Position numbers and translations under genes: made by a program. The notes beneath the pieces were generated by a model, which ran no database searches, was not told the DNA's origin, and was given only the letters and a program-made list of their open reading frames with translations. A stretch of DNA of 64,000 nucleotides from contig NC_058368.1 of NCBI RefSeq assembly GCF_018350175.1, positions 53,446,001 through 53,510,000 on the forward strand, in the 5' to 3' direction. Positions 12,018 to 25,409 of the stretch are shown in pieces. Position 1 is the first letter of the stretch; every line of letters starts with the position of its first letter. This DNA comes from Felis catus (lineage: Eukaryota).

Positions 12018-12770
12018 CAGTGAAGTCTAGCTGCATAATTTGCAAGGTCCAATGCCAAATGAAAATGTGGTGTCCTGCCCTGGGGCAGTCCCTTTCTGTA
12101 GGTCTGCTGTCTCAACCCACAGCAGATGGACAACTCCCAATGGATTGCATCCTCCATGCTAGGACTTGCTCCATACATGAATCAGCAATAGGAGAAGACC
12201 TTGCTGGTTTGCCTGTGAACATGTCATGGTGATACCAGCCTGGGATGGGGTCTTATCTACTTCGCCCCTCTACTCATGGGGCAAAGGTGGGGAGATCAAG
12301 CTGAGCCAGAGAGTTCAGCTGACCGAGAATTCTTCCTTGGGAGGTGGGCTGCTTATGAACCAAGGTTCTAAGCCCCTGGCACATGGTCTGTTGTCCCTTT
12401 GGAGTTCACTTATAAAACAGAAGACCATGGGGGAGGGGAAGGGGGAAAAAAAAAGTTGCAGAGAGGGAAGGAGGCAAACCATAAGAGACTCTTAAAAACT
12501 AAGAATAAACTGAGGGTTGATGGGGGGTGGGAGGGAGGGGAAAGTGGGTGATGGGCATTGAGGAGGGCATCTGTTGGGATGAGCACTGGGTGTTGTATGG
12601 AAACCAATTTGACAATAAATTTCGTATTTAAAAAAAAACTCAGATTCAAAGATAAAATTATTAAGAATTTTAAGATGGTGACCACAAAGCATTAAACCCC
12701 AAGCATGGGGCCTTTTTGAAGCAGGATTCTGTGTGACTACACTGGTCATGTGCTCATGAAGATGTCCCTG
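12018..12770. mobile_element. MER45-like hAT-Tip100 element interrupted by an L1 3' end
   Basis: CTGCATAATTTGCAAGGTCCAATGCCAAATGAAAATGTGG at the left and GGGGCC...CTGTGTGACTACAC...CATGAAGATGTCCCTG at the right. Confidence 0.65.
12411..12638 (+). mobile_element. Felid L1 extreme 3' end (5'-truncated), sense
   Basis: GGAGGCAAACCATAAGAGACTCTTAAA...GATGAGCACTGGGTGTTGTATG...GACAATAAA plus A tail. Confidence 0.9.
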
Positions 12771-12796
12771 AAAGTGGTCTTACTATGTAGGGGTGG

Positions 12797-12830
12797 TGAT
12801 GATGATGATGATGATGATTATGATGATGAT
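12797..12830. repeat. (GAT)n microsatellite
   Basis: Directly visible, with one interruption. Confidence 0.9.
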
Positions 12831-12836
12831 CTAGAC

Positions 12837-13032
12837 CAGGTGTTGTCAAACTTTCTGTAAAGGGCCGAGTAGTGAATATTTTAGGCTTTCCAGGGTAACA
12901 TGGTCTCTGTCATAACTTCTCCAATCTGCCGTTGTAGTGCAAAAGTATCCATTCTTAATATGTAAACAAATTGATGTGGCTCAAAAGCAGTGGGCTGGAT
13001 TAGGCCTGCTGGCTGTAATTTGTCCACCCCTG
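12837..13032 (-). mobile_element. MER58A-like hAT-Charlie MITE
   Basis: CAGG...CAAACTTTCTGTAAAGGGCC...AATATTTTAGGCTTT...CACCCCTG. Confidence 0.75.
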
Positions 13033-13369
13033 TTGTAAATGATTTGGGAATGTACCTCAATCAGTCCTGAATTTGGGGTCCTTTGCCAGATGCTTTTGCC
13101 AAATTATTTATTTCACCCAGTCTCCAAAAAAACCCTTAGGAATGTGGTAAGGTTGTTTTGTGTCACTTACTTGTAATCGGGCAGCTACCTAGTCTGTCAC
13201 TAGAATGGGGGTAGAGACGAATGGATAGTGGAATAGAGTATAACATTTTGCTGTGAGAATGGCAAAGACAGGTTTCTCATGTCTGGTAGAATCTTCATTC
13301 TGTTGGAGTGGTCACGTCATTGAAGCCATTCTTGGCCCTCTTATTTGAAATAACTACACTTTCTTTACA

Positions 13370-13585
13370 GTACTCCTAATTCCACTTCCTCAGTTTTTCC
13401 CATAGTACTTATCACCAACTGATACTCTAAATATTTTGCATATTTAATTCCTACCTCCTCCTTTCACCACAGGTGTAATCTTCATAAGGACAGGGATTTT
13501 GTCTGTTTAGTTCACTGCTGTATCTTTCAATACCTCGTATATGGGAGGCCCTTAGAAGTATTTGATGAGAACGAATAAACAAATG
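13370..13585 (+). mobile_element. L2 3' fragment
   Basis: GGACAGGGATTTTGTCTGTTTAGTTCACTGCTGTATC...GAATAAACAAATGA. Confidence 0.7.
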
Positions 13586-15850
13586 ATGCTAGCTCCAGAC
13601 CAATTTCGTACACTCAAAACCTTGCTTATGTTATTTTATTCTATTTTTATATTTGTTTTTCATTGTTACTGACACTTGGGATCTCTAAGGTTGTTGTGGT
13701 GGTGGTGTGTGTTTATGTTACCTTCCAACTTAACATGTATTGCCTTGTCTTTCTGTGTATACATGATTGACACCCCCTAGAGTTGTTTATTAACCCATGA
13801 AGCCATTTGCAGTGGCCCGGCTTAGTATCTTCCTTAACTATGGAGCTGTGAGTACTCCTTTGGTTTTCTCATCTGTTTTATATTGGTTACTTAACGACTA
13901 TTTTCTTTTTATTCTTTCCTTAATGTCAGACTTATCTTTTAAAACATTGTCTGATTATGTGTGTATTAATATTTCAGAATTTTGTATATATTTTATGTTT
14001 ATAGGCCTGACTTAAGTTTAAATAACTATAGAATACATTCTATTCTGCTGATATTTATTAAATGTAAATTTACTGACAAGATCCTTGTAATTTGGACTAG
14101 CCTACCTAGCATGTGATCATAATCCATCCTGTGTCTGTGTTTTCATGTCTTGTTGTTATGGTTTCTTCCAGAGTTTGATTACATAGCTGGAATTAAGGTG
14201 TGGATAAAATTCTTGTTAAAGACATGCCAAATGCAAGTTGGGAAATGCTGCAGTGGTCTAAGATTTACTATCAGATTATTTCAACTTGCTTACTTTTAAG
14301 ATTTGTTTGAACATGAACAATTTAGTATTTTAAAGTTAGGAATGTGCTGTCGTTTAGTTTGTGATGTTTCTCCAGAATTACCAGTTACCTTATATAAAGA
14401 GAGTGCTGTTTAGCATAGGCTTTGAAAATCAGGAAATAAACTGGGTGGTTTTACCTCTTTACTAATTTTGAGGTGCTTAGGACTTGTAGACTTTAGATGT
14501 TGGACTGAAGAAATCCAGTAGTGACAGTTTTTATAGAACATCGTTCTCACTTAGAGCTTTCATTTATATCAGGGTGACTTCTGTGTGATTTCCCCAAAAG
14601 AGGAAGGGCCTTGAAATAAATCTTGACCCTTTTTGAGTTTTTGTTTAGAGAACAACATGAGCCTCTGCTTGATTTGTTATTGCGCTGCGCACTAAGGATA
14701 TTTTGAACTCTTTTTACTTTTGTTCTCTTGCTCTGCTCCTCTCTAACCACCACTCCGAAGCATGCTCTCTTGCTTTTTGGCTTTTGAACATATTACCCTC
14801 CCTTTTTCTTATGTCCCTCCTTCCTCAGGATTAATTTCTGTTCTTTATTCAGATCTCTTTGGATGTGCTTTCCTCCAGAAAATCTTCTCTCACTGTCTGC
14901 TTCCTCCCTCCCCCATTTCCCACCCTTTACTACCAAGTTCTGTGTGTTATTTTAATACTGTGCATGGATCCCTATCATAGTTCTTGTTCTTTGGTATGTA
15001 TTTTGTAAACCCAATGGGAAGTAAAGCTTAGGTCTGTCTTGTTTGTGATAGTATATATCATAGTTCTGAACCCATTATAGATGCATAGTGCATACTTATT
15101 GAAGAAATAGATCAGGTCTTTCTGAATGATTTCAGGTGTATGCATGAGTTACTGGTGTATTATCTTTTATTTGTAAAGTGAACAGTTTTCCAAAGTTAGA
15201 CCAAAAAACCCAACAACGATGTTTTGCCTAGCCTATACAATGTTGATATTCTTGATGTCCATAATTAGGGTAGATGCTTTCTTTTAGAATAGTGCTGAGG
15301 AATCTGTTTAGATGAATTCTGCAATTTTTACATAATTCTTCATCTGACTGGTGGCTTGTAAGATAGTGAACCATGGTTAGGTTATTTGATCTACTTATGG
15401 AAAGAAGGAGAATGAACTGTTTCCATTCATTGTGGAAGTTAGCTAGTGATCATTTTCTTCAGTCTTCTCATTTTATAGATTAACTGAAGGAGGGGGGTCT
15501 GTTCCAGGTTGTGCAGCAAAGGTGGGAGGACAGATGTTACTTTATTACTTGCAAACATATCAGTTAAAATATATTACATTTTATAATACATGTTACAGTA
15601 GTAGATATTAATATTAATGTCAAATACTGAGAAATAGTCCCCTTTTCCATTCTTTGTCCTCTAAGCCTTTCTCCTCAAAAAAAAAATCTTTTTTAGCTGC
15701 TTTAACTCTGCATTTTTAACATATAATATGTATATTCATTTACTTATTGATTAATTCTACAGTTGATCCTTGGACAACGTAGGTATAACTTGATGTTACA
15801 TGTATTATATACTGTATTTTTATAATAAAGTGTGCTAGAGAAAAAATCTT

Positions 15851-15939
15851 TTTTTTATTAACTTATTTATTTTTATTAGAAAGTGCACAAACGGGGGAAA
15901 GGAGAGAGAGGCAGAAGGAGAGCTAGAGGGAGTTGGGGG

Positions 15940-16016
<77 letters not shown>

Positions 16017-16140
16017 TCTTACGCAGGCTCCATGCTCTACGCATAGCCCAACATGGGGTTTGATCCCATGACCCTGGAATCATGACCTGAGCTAAAATCA
16101 AGAGTTAGACGCTTAACTGACTGAGCCACCCAGGCGCCCC
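15851..16140 (-). mobile_element. Can-SINE with long (GA)n at about 15945-16013
   Basis: Head ...GAGCCACCCAGGCGCCCC ends at 16140. Confidence 0.92.
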
Positions 16141-16172
16141 TCATTATAATTTTCTTAAGATTTTCTTTCCTC

Positions 16173-16351
16173 AGGGCACCTGGGTCCCTCAGTTGGGAGT
16201 GTCTGACTCTTGATTTCAACTCAGGTCATGATCTCGTGGTTGTGAGATTGAGCCCTGCATGGGGCTCCGTGCTGGGTGCGAGCCTCCTTAAGATTCTTTC
16301 TCTCCCTCCATCTCTCTCAAAAACAAAACAAAACAAAACAAAACAAAACCC
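16173..16351 (+). mobile_element. Can-SINE with (AAAAC)n tail
   Basis: GGGCACCTGGGT...CTCAGGTCATGATCTC. Confidence 0.9.
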
Positions 16352-16499
16352 AAGAAAGTTATAATGGAAATACAATTACAGTACTGTATTTATTGAAAAA
16401 AAATCTGCATGTAAGTGGACCCACACAGTTCAAACCCATGTTGTTAAAGGGTCAACAGTATTTTCTTACATGTCCTGCTTTCCCCTTTCAGATCTTGAT

Positions 16500-16670
16500 C
16501 TTTGTAGTCTCACCTCTAGCGTCCAAATCTTGGCTCCTCGCTATAGGCACTGTAACCTTGGGCCAGTTACTTAACCTCTCTATGCTATAACTTCCTCATC
16601 TATAAAGTAAGGGCAGTACAAATGCAGGACCTACTTCATAAGATTATTGTGAGGATTAAATATATGAAAG
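16500..16670 (+). mobile_element. MIR fragment
   Basis: TGTAACCTTGGGCCAGTTACTTAACCTCTCTATGC...TTCCTCATCTATAAA. Confidence 0.75.
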
Positions 16671-18269
16671 GTACCTAATTTTTAAATCAGTAATAGTGTT
16701 TACATATTATGACATGAAAATATTGTTCGCTACTGAGTCAGGTGGTGTATTTTGTGGAACTTTTTTAATATTTTTAATAGAGTTGCCTAATTTTTATTTC
16801 TTTATTTTTCTCTGTATCTGAGTTAATTCTTTGCATACCCAATGGTGGTTTTTCAGAATTTGGTCTTCAGCTGTATTCTTTGTATCAGATAATTATTATT
16901 TTGTTCTTTGAAGATAGTCTTCCTAGAGCCCTTCTTCCTCCTTTTTCCATTTGTACTGTTTGTTTTCTAGGCTTAGTACAGAGCTATCATACTGAGACTT
17001 CTTTGTGTAATACTTTGCTATGTTGGATTCTGTTTCTTGAATTACAAGTCTTACTCTGATTTTGATTTATTCTTTTATTTCATTGTGACATGTTTTCTGG
17101 TAGGTTCCTAAGAAAAGATGCTTGGAGGTAAAATTCACTCAAAAATTTTGTTGCTGTTTTTTTTCCTGTTTTTCTGCTCAGATTCTCTGTCATTTCGTTG
17201 ATTTCAAGGTAATTTTGCTTTACTTCCTGGAACATAATTATAATAGCTGCTTTAAAATGCTTGCATGGTAACTATAATCTGAGTCATCCTGGAATTGGCA
17301 TCTCCTGATTGCCCTTTTCCTGGAGAATGTTTTATATTTTCTAGTATTTTTTATTTCTAGTAATTTTGGATTTTATCCTGGATCTTCTGAGTTTTGCTGT
17401 GGTCCTCTGGAGAATATAGCTGTTTTGTTTTAAGAGCCATCCTCTCAGCTTTAGATTTTAAGTACTGCTTCACACTATGTGTGCAGTGGTTCAAATATGA
17501 TATTAAATTTTAGGCCTTTACTAATCTATTTTGGGTCAGTCTTACACCTACATGGTTCCAAAGGTGGTGATGCTTCTGTACTTCCTGGCCGGTTTGGCTG
17601 CATTCCATGCTGCTTTTGGCCAGGAATAGGATTTCTATTGGGGTTTTAGTAGCCCAAGCCACAGTGGTTTTCCACAACTGTGGTTCTACCTCAGAGCAAA
17701 GCTGCAAAAAGAAATAAAAGGCGGGTGGCGGTGGGGTGCTGGTATTTTGTGCAGGTTGTTTCATCAAGCTTTAACTTTCCTCTACATCCCTATTTTCTTT
17801 AGTGTTCAGAGTGCTCAGGCAGTTGGGTTGCTTTGTATGTTGTCCCAAGTTTTTAGTTGCTATCAGTGGGAGGGTTTGACTTTAGGGGGCCTATACTGCC
17901 ATGCCGGAACTAGATCCAACTGTAGATTAGTGAGATTTTTTATTTTCTGCTCCCTACGTTAACTTTCTTTTTAATATTTTTGTTTTGTTTTTCTTTCATG
18001 TTGGAGATTTTTTTTAAGTTGGGTACTCCTCTAAAGGAGATATTTTTCTAAAAAGATTTGTGTTTTATAAGATGTGTTTATGTGTTCTTGACTTACATAG
18101 GTGGGCTTCAGTGTTGTATTATTTCTTGGTGAACCAACCAAGAATTAACAAATGTTAGTGTCTGCAATTTAGTTAGGAAGCTATGGCAATAGTTTAGGTA
18201 AGAGATAGTGGTGGCTTGGATTAGAGGAGTGGCACTGAAGGGAAGTAGATGGGTGGATTCAAAGATGGG

Positions 18270-18286
18270 GTGTGTGTGTGTGTGCG

Positions 18287-18325
<39 letters not shown>
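18270..18325. repeat. (TG)n microsatellite
   Basis: Directly visible, with two CG interruptions. Confidence 0.95.
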
Positions 18326-18328
<3 letters not shown>

Positions 18329-20652
18329 CTTGAATCAGCATAAGAAGTACTCAAAAGGGTCATTTTGTGGCAGAATGGATTACTACCCCTGATTTTTTTA
18401 TTGGAGGCATTTTGAAATAGAAAGAGTCTGAATTTAGAGACAGTACAACCTGTATTTGAATCTTGGACTCTGCTTCTAACTAGGTGTGTCAGTTCAATTC
18501 ATACTTGTTCCACTGTGCTCATTTTACTCAGCCATACTCAGAGGGTTATCGTAGAGACAAAAGTGGGTGATACATGTAAAGTGGCTTTGTCTTGTTTTTT
18601 TAAACTAACACTTATTGGAGTTTTACTGTGTCAGGCATTATTCGAAGTGTTTACAGGTGTTAATTTTATAATTCTTATAGAAACCCTGTGAGTAACCATT
18701 TTGTGTTTAAGATGATAAAACTGAAGCCCAGGTAGATCACAAGAGTTAGTAAGTGCTGGAGCCTAGATTTGAATCTAGAAAAGTGGATTCCAACCCTGTT
18801 GTGTTTAAACCCAGTATGCTGCTTATTCTTAGCCCAATTCAGGTGATTGAGGATGGGCTCAGAACTGTTTGTGCTAGTATTTTATTTCATTTGTCTATAC
18901 GTAATACATGCCTACACAGTGCTATTCATTGACTGTAGTTAAAAGCAAAATTACTGTATAATGAAATATGTACTTTCAAGTCTTTCACTGTTTTACTTAC
19001 GCTAACTAAAGATTTCTTTTGAAAGCAAAATTCAGTTTTGCAGAGAGTAAAGCATTTAGATTACCAGGTTTCCCCCTCCCCCCCCCCCCCCCCCCCGAAA
19101 AACCTATTTGGTACATTTGTTTTATTATGTGTGCTGAGATTTGCTGACAGTTGGAATTTGAGTAACATAGAGAACCACCTACTCAGCTTCTCTCTGGGAA
19201 GTAATTTTGCTCTGGTTTCTTCAGAGGCACAAGTTATAACATGTTTTTGTCTTGTGCATCTTTGCTCCAAGGGCAAATCAATACAGTAATGGAATTCATG
19301 TGTGTAAATTTTTATTAGAAAATGCCAGCAGTCACATCAAGTTGTGTGGAAAACCTAGGCTTTTTGACCATGCCTTTAGAAATGTGGCAATATAGTGATC
19401 ACTATAGCATGAGAATAACTAATATTTATATGGGAATAAAATACATAGTGTGAGTCAGTGTAGAAACACATGATTTTTTGAAGGGAACAGAGAGAATGTG
19501 TGTGTGTTTGGCTTCTGATATTGTGAAGTTATTGAGATTATGTATTTGATTTATCAGCCAACTTTTGAAGGTTTGCTTTTGCATGTAACACTGATGGATG
19601 AGTCCTTTGACTTTTGCCTGTAGTGGCATCTTGGCATTTGCTGTCCTTCCTGGATGAATCATTAACAGCTTTTCTCATAATTGTTATTACTGTATTTAGT
19701 TTTGCTTGAGGATTCTGTTCGTAGCTTCTCTGTGTTTGCTGAGGGAAAATTGATGTTTCAGGCCTGGGTCCTTGCTGGTCTTGGCTCTCTGGTTTATCTG
19801 TGATAGACAATACAGACTTTTATTTTCCTTTATTCTCTCTGTTGTAGCCTTAGTTATACTGTATCATGGCCTTGCCTAGAGCTCCTAGTTGTTAGAAGCT
19901 AGAAGTTCTAGGGATTGATAGGTTGGAATTTATACCCATTTCTTGCACCCAGTCTGGTACCTAGAACATATTAGGCACTTAGTAGATGTTAGATAACTGA
20001 CTACTGAATGAAAATGAATGATTCACAGAAAGAAGATGAAGCCCAAAGACCAGTGAAGATTATGCAGTTAGGAGGGGTAGGAAATTTAGATCTTCTGATA
20101 CCAGGTTATCTTCTTTTCTAGTTTATTCATTAGCAGCTACACAGCCATCTAAGAGAATGTAAAATCAGAAGACAGCACACTGTGCTATTTTTTTAAATGG
20201 TGAATGCTTGTAGTAGCAACTTCAGCATTGTTACATGGGGTTAGTTGCTTATGCCCTTGGTAAATGAAACTAAATCATATCAATTACACACTATCCAGCT
20301 TCAGTCCAGTCTGTCTTCAAGGCAGTCTCCACAGCTCTTGATTCAGTTTTAGCTAAGACTTTTTAAAGTTGGCAGAGTAAAATAAGGACCCCTACAAAAG
20401 AAACAAAATGAGTAGTCAGAGGTAGGAGGAAAACCAGAAGGAAATAGTTCTGTGGAGGCTAAAGAAAAACCAATTAGAAGTACACTCAATCGAGTTGAAT
20501 GTATTAAAGATTTTCTTATAATGAGGACTGAAAAAAAGGCTTTTGGATTTAACAATTAGGAGGTAGGTGTTCCTAGCAAGAGCTCTTTGAGTGAAAGCCA
20601 GTTGGTGATGGATTGAGAGGAAATGAGAATTAGAAATGCACAGAGTAAGAAT

Positions 20653-20655
<3 letters not shown>

Positions 20656-20718
<63 letters not shown>
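20656..20718. repeat. (CT)n microsatellite, about 31 units
   Basis: Directly visible. Confidence 0.95.
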
Positions 20719-20719
<1 letters not shown>

Positions 20720-22074
20720 GGGTGTTTGTCACTGAAGGAAGGAAAGAAAGGCAAGATGGAAATAGTTCAAAAAGCACAGGGGAAAAAAAACTTTATTTTT
20801 AGCTGATGGCAGTTTTTCTCTTTTAACTATGGCATGAATAGAATATACATGTGGGTAGAGAGGCAGAAATTAGTGGAGAAAGGAAGGAGAGACATAATTT
20901 AAAGAGAAAATGATCCTTAGGGAGGCAGGATCTTCTCTGTGCAGTTGTCTGGCATTTAGGGGTAAAGAATATGTTAGGATGGATGCCATAATGCTAAATT
21001 TAGAGATGCAGGGGAGAGAAGTTGAAGGAATTTTTGCTTGAAAACCTGTTTTCCTCTGTGAAGTAGGAAGCAAAGATTTTGACTGAGCTCCACGGTCGGA
21101 AGTGGAGGATAGGAGGTTGACGGAGCTGAAACACCTGTCGTGGTGAGGACTATTCTGATGGCCCTGCTGAGATGAGAAACTAAATTTGCGTGGCACAATT
21201 GTGTGATTTGTTTTCCTCTTTCTACCTGGAGAATAGCAGAGAGACTCATTCCAGATTGGATCTCAGTAGTGTACACGTAGCAGAGGATATAGGAGCTAGA
21301 AAATTGAGTGTGTCATGTAAATTTTTCACTTTATAATCCTGGCTGCATAGGATAGAAAGTAAAACCAAGTGGCAGTGAATGGAGGGCCCAAAGAATAGAC
21401 TTAGTGGAAGTAAGGAAGTGAGAAAGGCAAATGCCAGGAGTTTGTGAACCAAGTACTAGATGTAGAAATCTTTTTTATAGAAGCAGGAATAGATGACTGT
21501 CAGGTCAGGAAAAGTGGTGAACTGAGGTAGTCTCTGGATAACTCAACTCTGAATATCATCGCTTCCTGTTTTATAGCTGGGGTGTTAAGTTGGTTTAGTG
21601 ATCCTGTAACATAGTAGGACTTAAGGCAGAGGGGATGTTGGGGGTAGAGAGCTGGCTTGTAAGGCTTAACTGGGGAATGATTTTTGACCCTTGTGAATAG
21701 TAATAATAAGATGTAAGTGGGTCTAACAAGCTGTATAGATAGTGTAAACTTTAAGAGAGCCTCTTGATCTAGATCTGGCAATATCCAAGAAAATGTCCCT
21801 TTTCTTCTTGTTCCCAGATAAGGGGGAGCTGTGGGAGGATTGACATATTTGTTTGAGAGGCCTTTGACGGTTGTAATGCCATCCGGGGAAGTTGGATTTT
21901 GATTAAATGTGGAGAAACCATTTTCTACAGTGACTGAAGGTCTGGAGGTTTTTCATGATCTTATAGGATTTCTAATGCTGGAATGGAAATTGTTAGAAGC
22001 CAGATTATAGAGTTTAAGTTAATCTGTTGGTTTTTGTACAACATATTGTTCTATTTTCTTATTGTATAGCATTT

Positions 22075-22950
22075 TGTTTTTTAACTTTTATTTTAAAATA
22101 ATTTTAGACTTATAAAAAGTGTGGAAAAAGATTCCAAAGAATCCTGTATAGCGTGTATACAGTTTCTTCAGATGTTGATTTTTTATTATATTTGCTTTGT
22201 GATGTTCCCGTTACATTGTATGTATATATACAAACATACACTGTTTCCCCCCCGCCCCCCCCCAAGCATTTTTGAAAGTAAATAGCAGACATGCTGTACT
22301 TTTACATCTAAATATCTCCGTGTATATTTTGTAAAATCAAAGGCATTGTCTTATAAACTTATAGTGCAAATTATCAAAATCAGTAGCATTGATATAATAT
22401 AATCTGCAAAGTTCACTAGTTTCCCTAAGATCTTTTATAGCAAAAGAAAATATTTTTTATAATATCAGGATATAGCTCTTTATTAAATATTGTGCTTCTG
22501 TTAGTCTCTTTTAATCTAGAACAGTTGTCTAATTTTTTAAGTCTTTCATGACAATGTTTTGGAAAGATTCACATCTGCTATTTTGTAGTATACTCCACAA
22601 ATGTCCATTTTTTTACCAACAATACTTTCACTAACTGGCTTTAGAATTTACTGGTTATTATTGCCTGAAATAGTTATACCTATGGTAGTCGTCATGGTAA
22701 TTTTCTAGTTCTTTCATTTCTTCTACATTTATTTAGAGTTGTACAAGGAAACATTTCCTTGCCTCCAGTTTATTTATTCATTTATATTAGTATGAGTTAA
22801 TGGATTCTTATTTTATTCTACTGGTTATAATTTGATACTATTATCATTTATTATGAGGCTCAGCTCATCCCAGATTTGACCAGTGGTTTCCTCTTTCATC
22901 TCCCATGTCCTTTGATATGTCCCCATCATGTTTGCACTTTCCTACCATAC
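22075..22950 (-). mobile_element. Old L1M 3' fragment
   Basis: TTTTATTTTAAAATAATTTTAGACTT...GCATTTTTGAAAGTAAATAGCAGACATG...GCTCAGCTCATCCCAGATTTGACCAGTGG. Confidence 0.65.
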
Positions 22951-24674
22951 AGAATCTAGATAATGTGAAAGATCTGATTTCTAGAGTTTAGTTTGGATTG
23001 AGGAAGTACTGTTTACACTTAAACATAGGGCTATAGTGGAAGCAAACTGACCAGCACAACAGTCACTGCCATAGTAGCTTACTATTGCTCTACTGGGTGC
23101 TTACTGAGCATTTTCTCACAGAGTTGTTTGTGGAAAGTTTGCAGAGTCGTTTATTAGCTGAGTTGTTGAATAAAACAATATTGGCGGCATGTTGCTGACG
23201 ATGTAAGTGTGCCATCCTTGTAACTGGAGTACTAAGGACTAGATAGTGTTCCTGTGCAAACAGAATGACTTTGTAAATGATGTACATGAATATGTAATGT
23301 GATTAACAAAGGCAAAGGGACCCCATAAAGCATACTCTGCTATAGATGGATAAGAGACCAAGAAAAAGCCCTTATGAGTAATTTTGGCCTCTAAAGTGTG
23401 TTTTATTAGAAAATCATCACACGAAAATGGGTACATATTGGTATTACTTTATGTATTAGTGCTATTAACTAATTGATGGAAAATAAAGATGATCATATCA
23501 GTTTATATACCTGACTTTCTTTTCTTGTAAAGATAATGGTTATAAAAGGTTATTGGATGTATGCAGAGTATGTGGTGATTTTTTTTTTAATTTGGTAATG
23601 GAGAAATTTTATAGTGTCTGTTTTCTAGCTTACAGAAACTTCTTTCTTTAAGCATAGATGAAATGTCTTTAATATATCACTTTGTGTCTTAAGAATAAAA
23701 ACGAATGTTTCTTACTTTCATCTCAGTTCTAGAGAACTTGGAGAAAATAGAAAAGTAAAAAACAAAGAAACATAAAGTACAACTCGCAAGCACTCATGCT
23801 GCCCATGTTGTCACCTGTCAGTTTGAAACACTTTTTCTTATTTAAACATAGAATAATATATAATTTATCCACAATTTTGTCAGTTTTTTAATACTGTATC
23901 ATGATCATTTCCTTATGTCATTAAGTATCCTGTTAGAAACACCATCTTAAATGGTTCCATTCTTTTGATGCTCCTATATTAATTTGGATGAATAGATTGT
24001 TTCCAGTTTTCCATTACTGTAAAACTGTGATGAACAGCTTTATAAAGAAGTCTTGTTTTAAGTTTCTGATTAGTTTGTTTGGGTGTAGTCTTAAAGTAAG
24101 AATTACTAGACTAAAGTGTGTTTTTGTAATGACCTTTTTAAATTTTCTAAAAAGTTATATATACTTATTTTTAAAAATGTAGGCAGTAAGAGTACAAAGA
24201 AAGAAGCAATATAGGCATCCATACCTTAGCAACCAGAAATAACTTATGTTAGCATTTGGTGCACATAATTTCATTTGTGCTTATAGAAAGGAATAATGTT
24301 ATAAAAATAGGATAATGCCATTTATGCTATTTTAAAAAACGAAAACATGAAATATGATTTTGTTTGAATTCAACACCAGGGGAAAAAATCTAAATGAACA
24401 GCTGAATTCTAGATAAAGGTTTAACACAGAACTGTTCGGTTATGTAAGATTTCACCAAAATTAAGAAAAAAATACAAAAACCAGTAGGGAATTAGGATAA
24501 TTTAAAAAAACTGCATGTTTTAATTTTAGGTATTGGAGATTAAATCCCAGCTGTGATAGATGAGATAAATGATACTTTCTCTCATCTCTTTTTTTCCTCA
24601 GTCCCTCATTTCTATGTTACGTATATTTTTACTTTTTCAGGTTATGTAATGTTTGCTTTTTGGGTTTTTTTGTT

Positions 24675-25116
24675 AAAGTTTTTTTTTAATGTTTATTGAT
24701 TTATTTTGAGAATGAGAGAGGGGTGGGGAGCATGTGCAAGCAGGGGAGGGGCAGAGAGAGAGAGGGAGAGGGAATCCCAAGCAGGCTGTCAGTGCAGAGC
24801 CCAAGTATTCACAAACCATGAGATCATGTGAGCTGAAATCAAGAGTTGGATACGTAACTATTAACAAACTGAGCCACCTAGGCGCTACGGATTTTTGTTT
24901 TTGTTTTTGTTTTTGTTTTTTAAGTTTATTTGTTTATCTTGAGAATGAGAGAGAGAAAGAGCGTGAGCAGGGGAGGAACAGAGAGAGAATCCTAAGCAGG
25001 CTTAGCACTGTCAGTGCAGAGACCAATGTGGGACTCCATCCCACGAACTGGGCAGTCATAACCTGAGCCAAGGTCAAGAGTTGGACACTTAACTGACTGA
25101 GCCACCCAGGCGCCCC
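24675..25116 (-). mobile_element. Two tandem antisense Can-SINEs (about 24675-24886 and 24892-25116)
   Basis: Two bodies, each ending CTGAGCCACC.AGGCGC; (TTTTTG)n tail on the second. Confidence 0.9.
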
Positions 25117-25183
25117 TGATTTCTGCCAGCAGCTTAGACTTTAGCTCCATGTTTAGCATTAGTTGTGTATTTAAGAGGATTCA

Positions 25184-25409
25184 GGGGCGCCTGGGTGGCG
25201 CAGTCGGTTAAGCGTCCGACTTCAGCCAGGTCACGATCTCGCGGTCCGTGAGTTTGAGCCCCGCGTCAGGCTCTGGGCTGATGGCTCGGAGCCTGGAGCC
25301 TGTTTCCGATGCTGTGTCTCCCTCTCTCTCTGCCCCTCCCCCGTTCATGCTACGTTTCTCTCTGTCCCAAAAATAAATAAAAAACGTTGAAAAAAAAATT
25401 AAAAAAAAA
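25184..25409 (+). mobile_element. Young felid Can-SINE (SINEC_Fc type)
   Basis: Intact CpG-rich body. TSD AAGAGGATTCA at 25173-25183 and 25410-25420; TT|AAGA L1-endonuclease-type site. Confidence 0.95.

Larger units (their letters stand above)
15760..16458. mobile_element. Tigger2-like (TcMar) non-autonomous element with two nested SINEs
   Basis: TIRs CAGTTGATCCTTG and AAAGGGTCAACAG, flanked by TA (15758-15759, 16459-16460). Confidence 0.75.

Noticed and set aside
25184..25270. tRNA-like A/B boxes
   Set aside because: Heads of tRNA-derived Can-SINEs, not tRNA genes.
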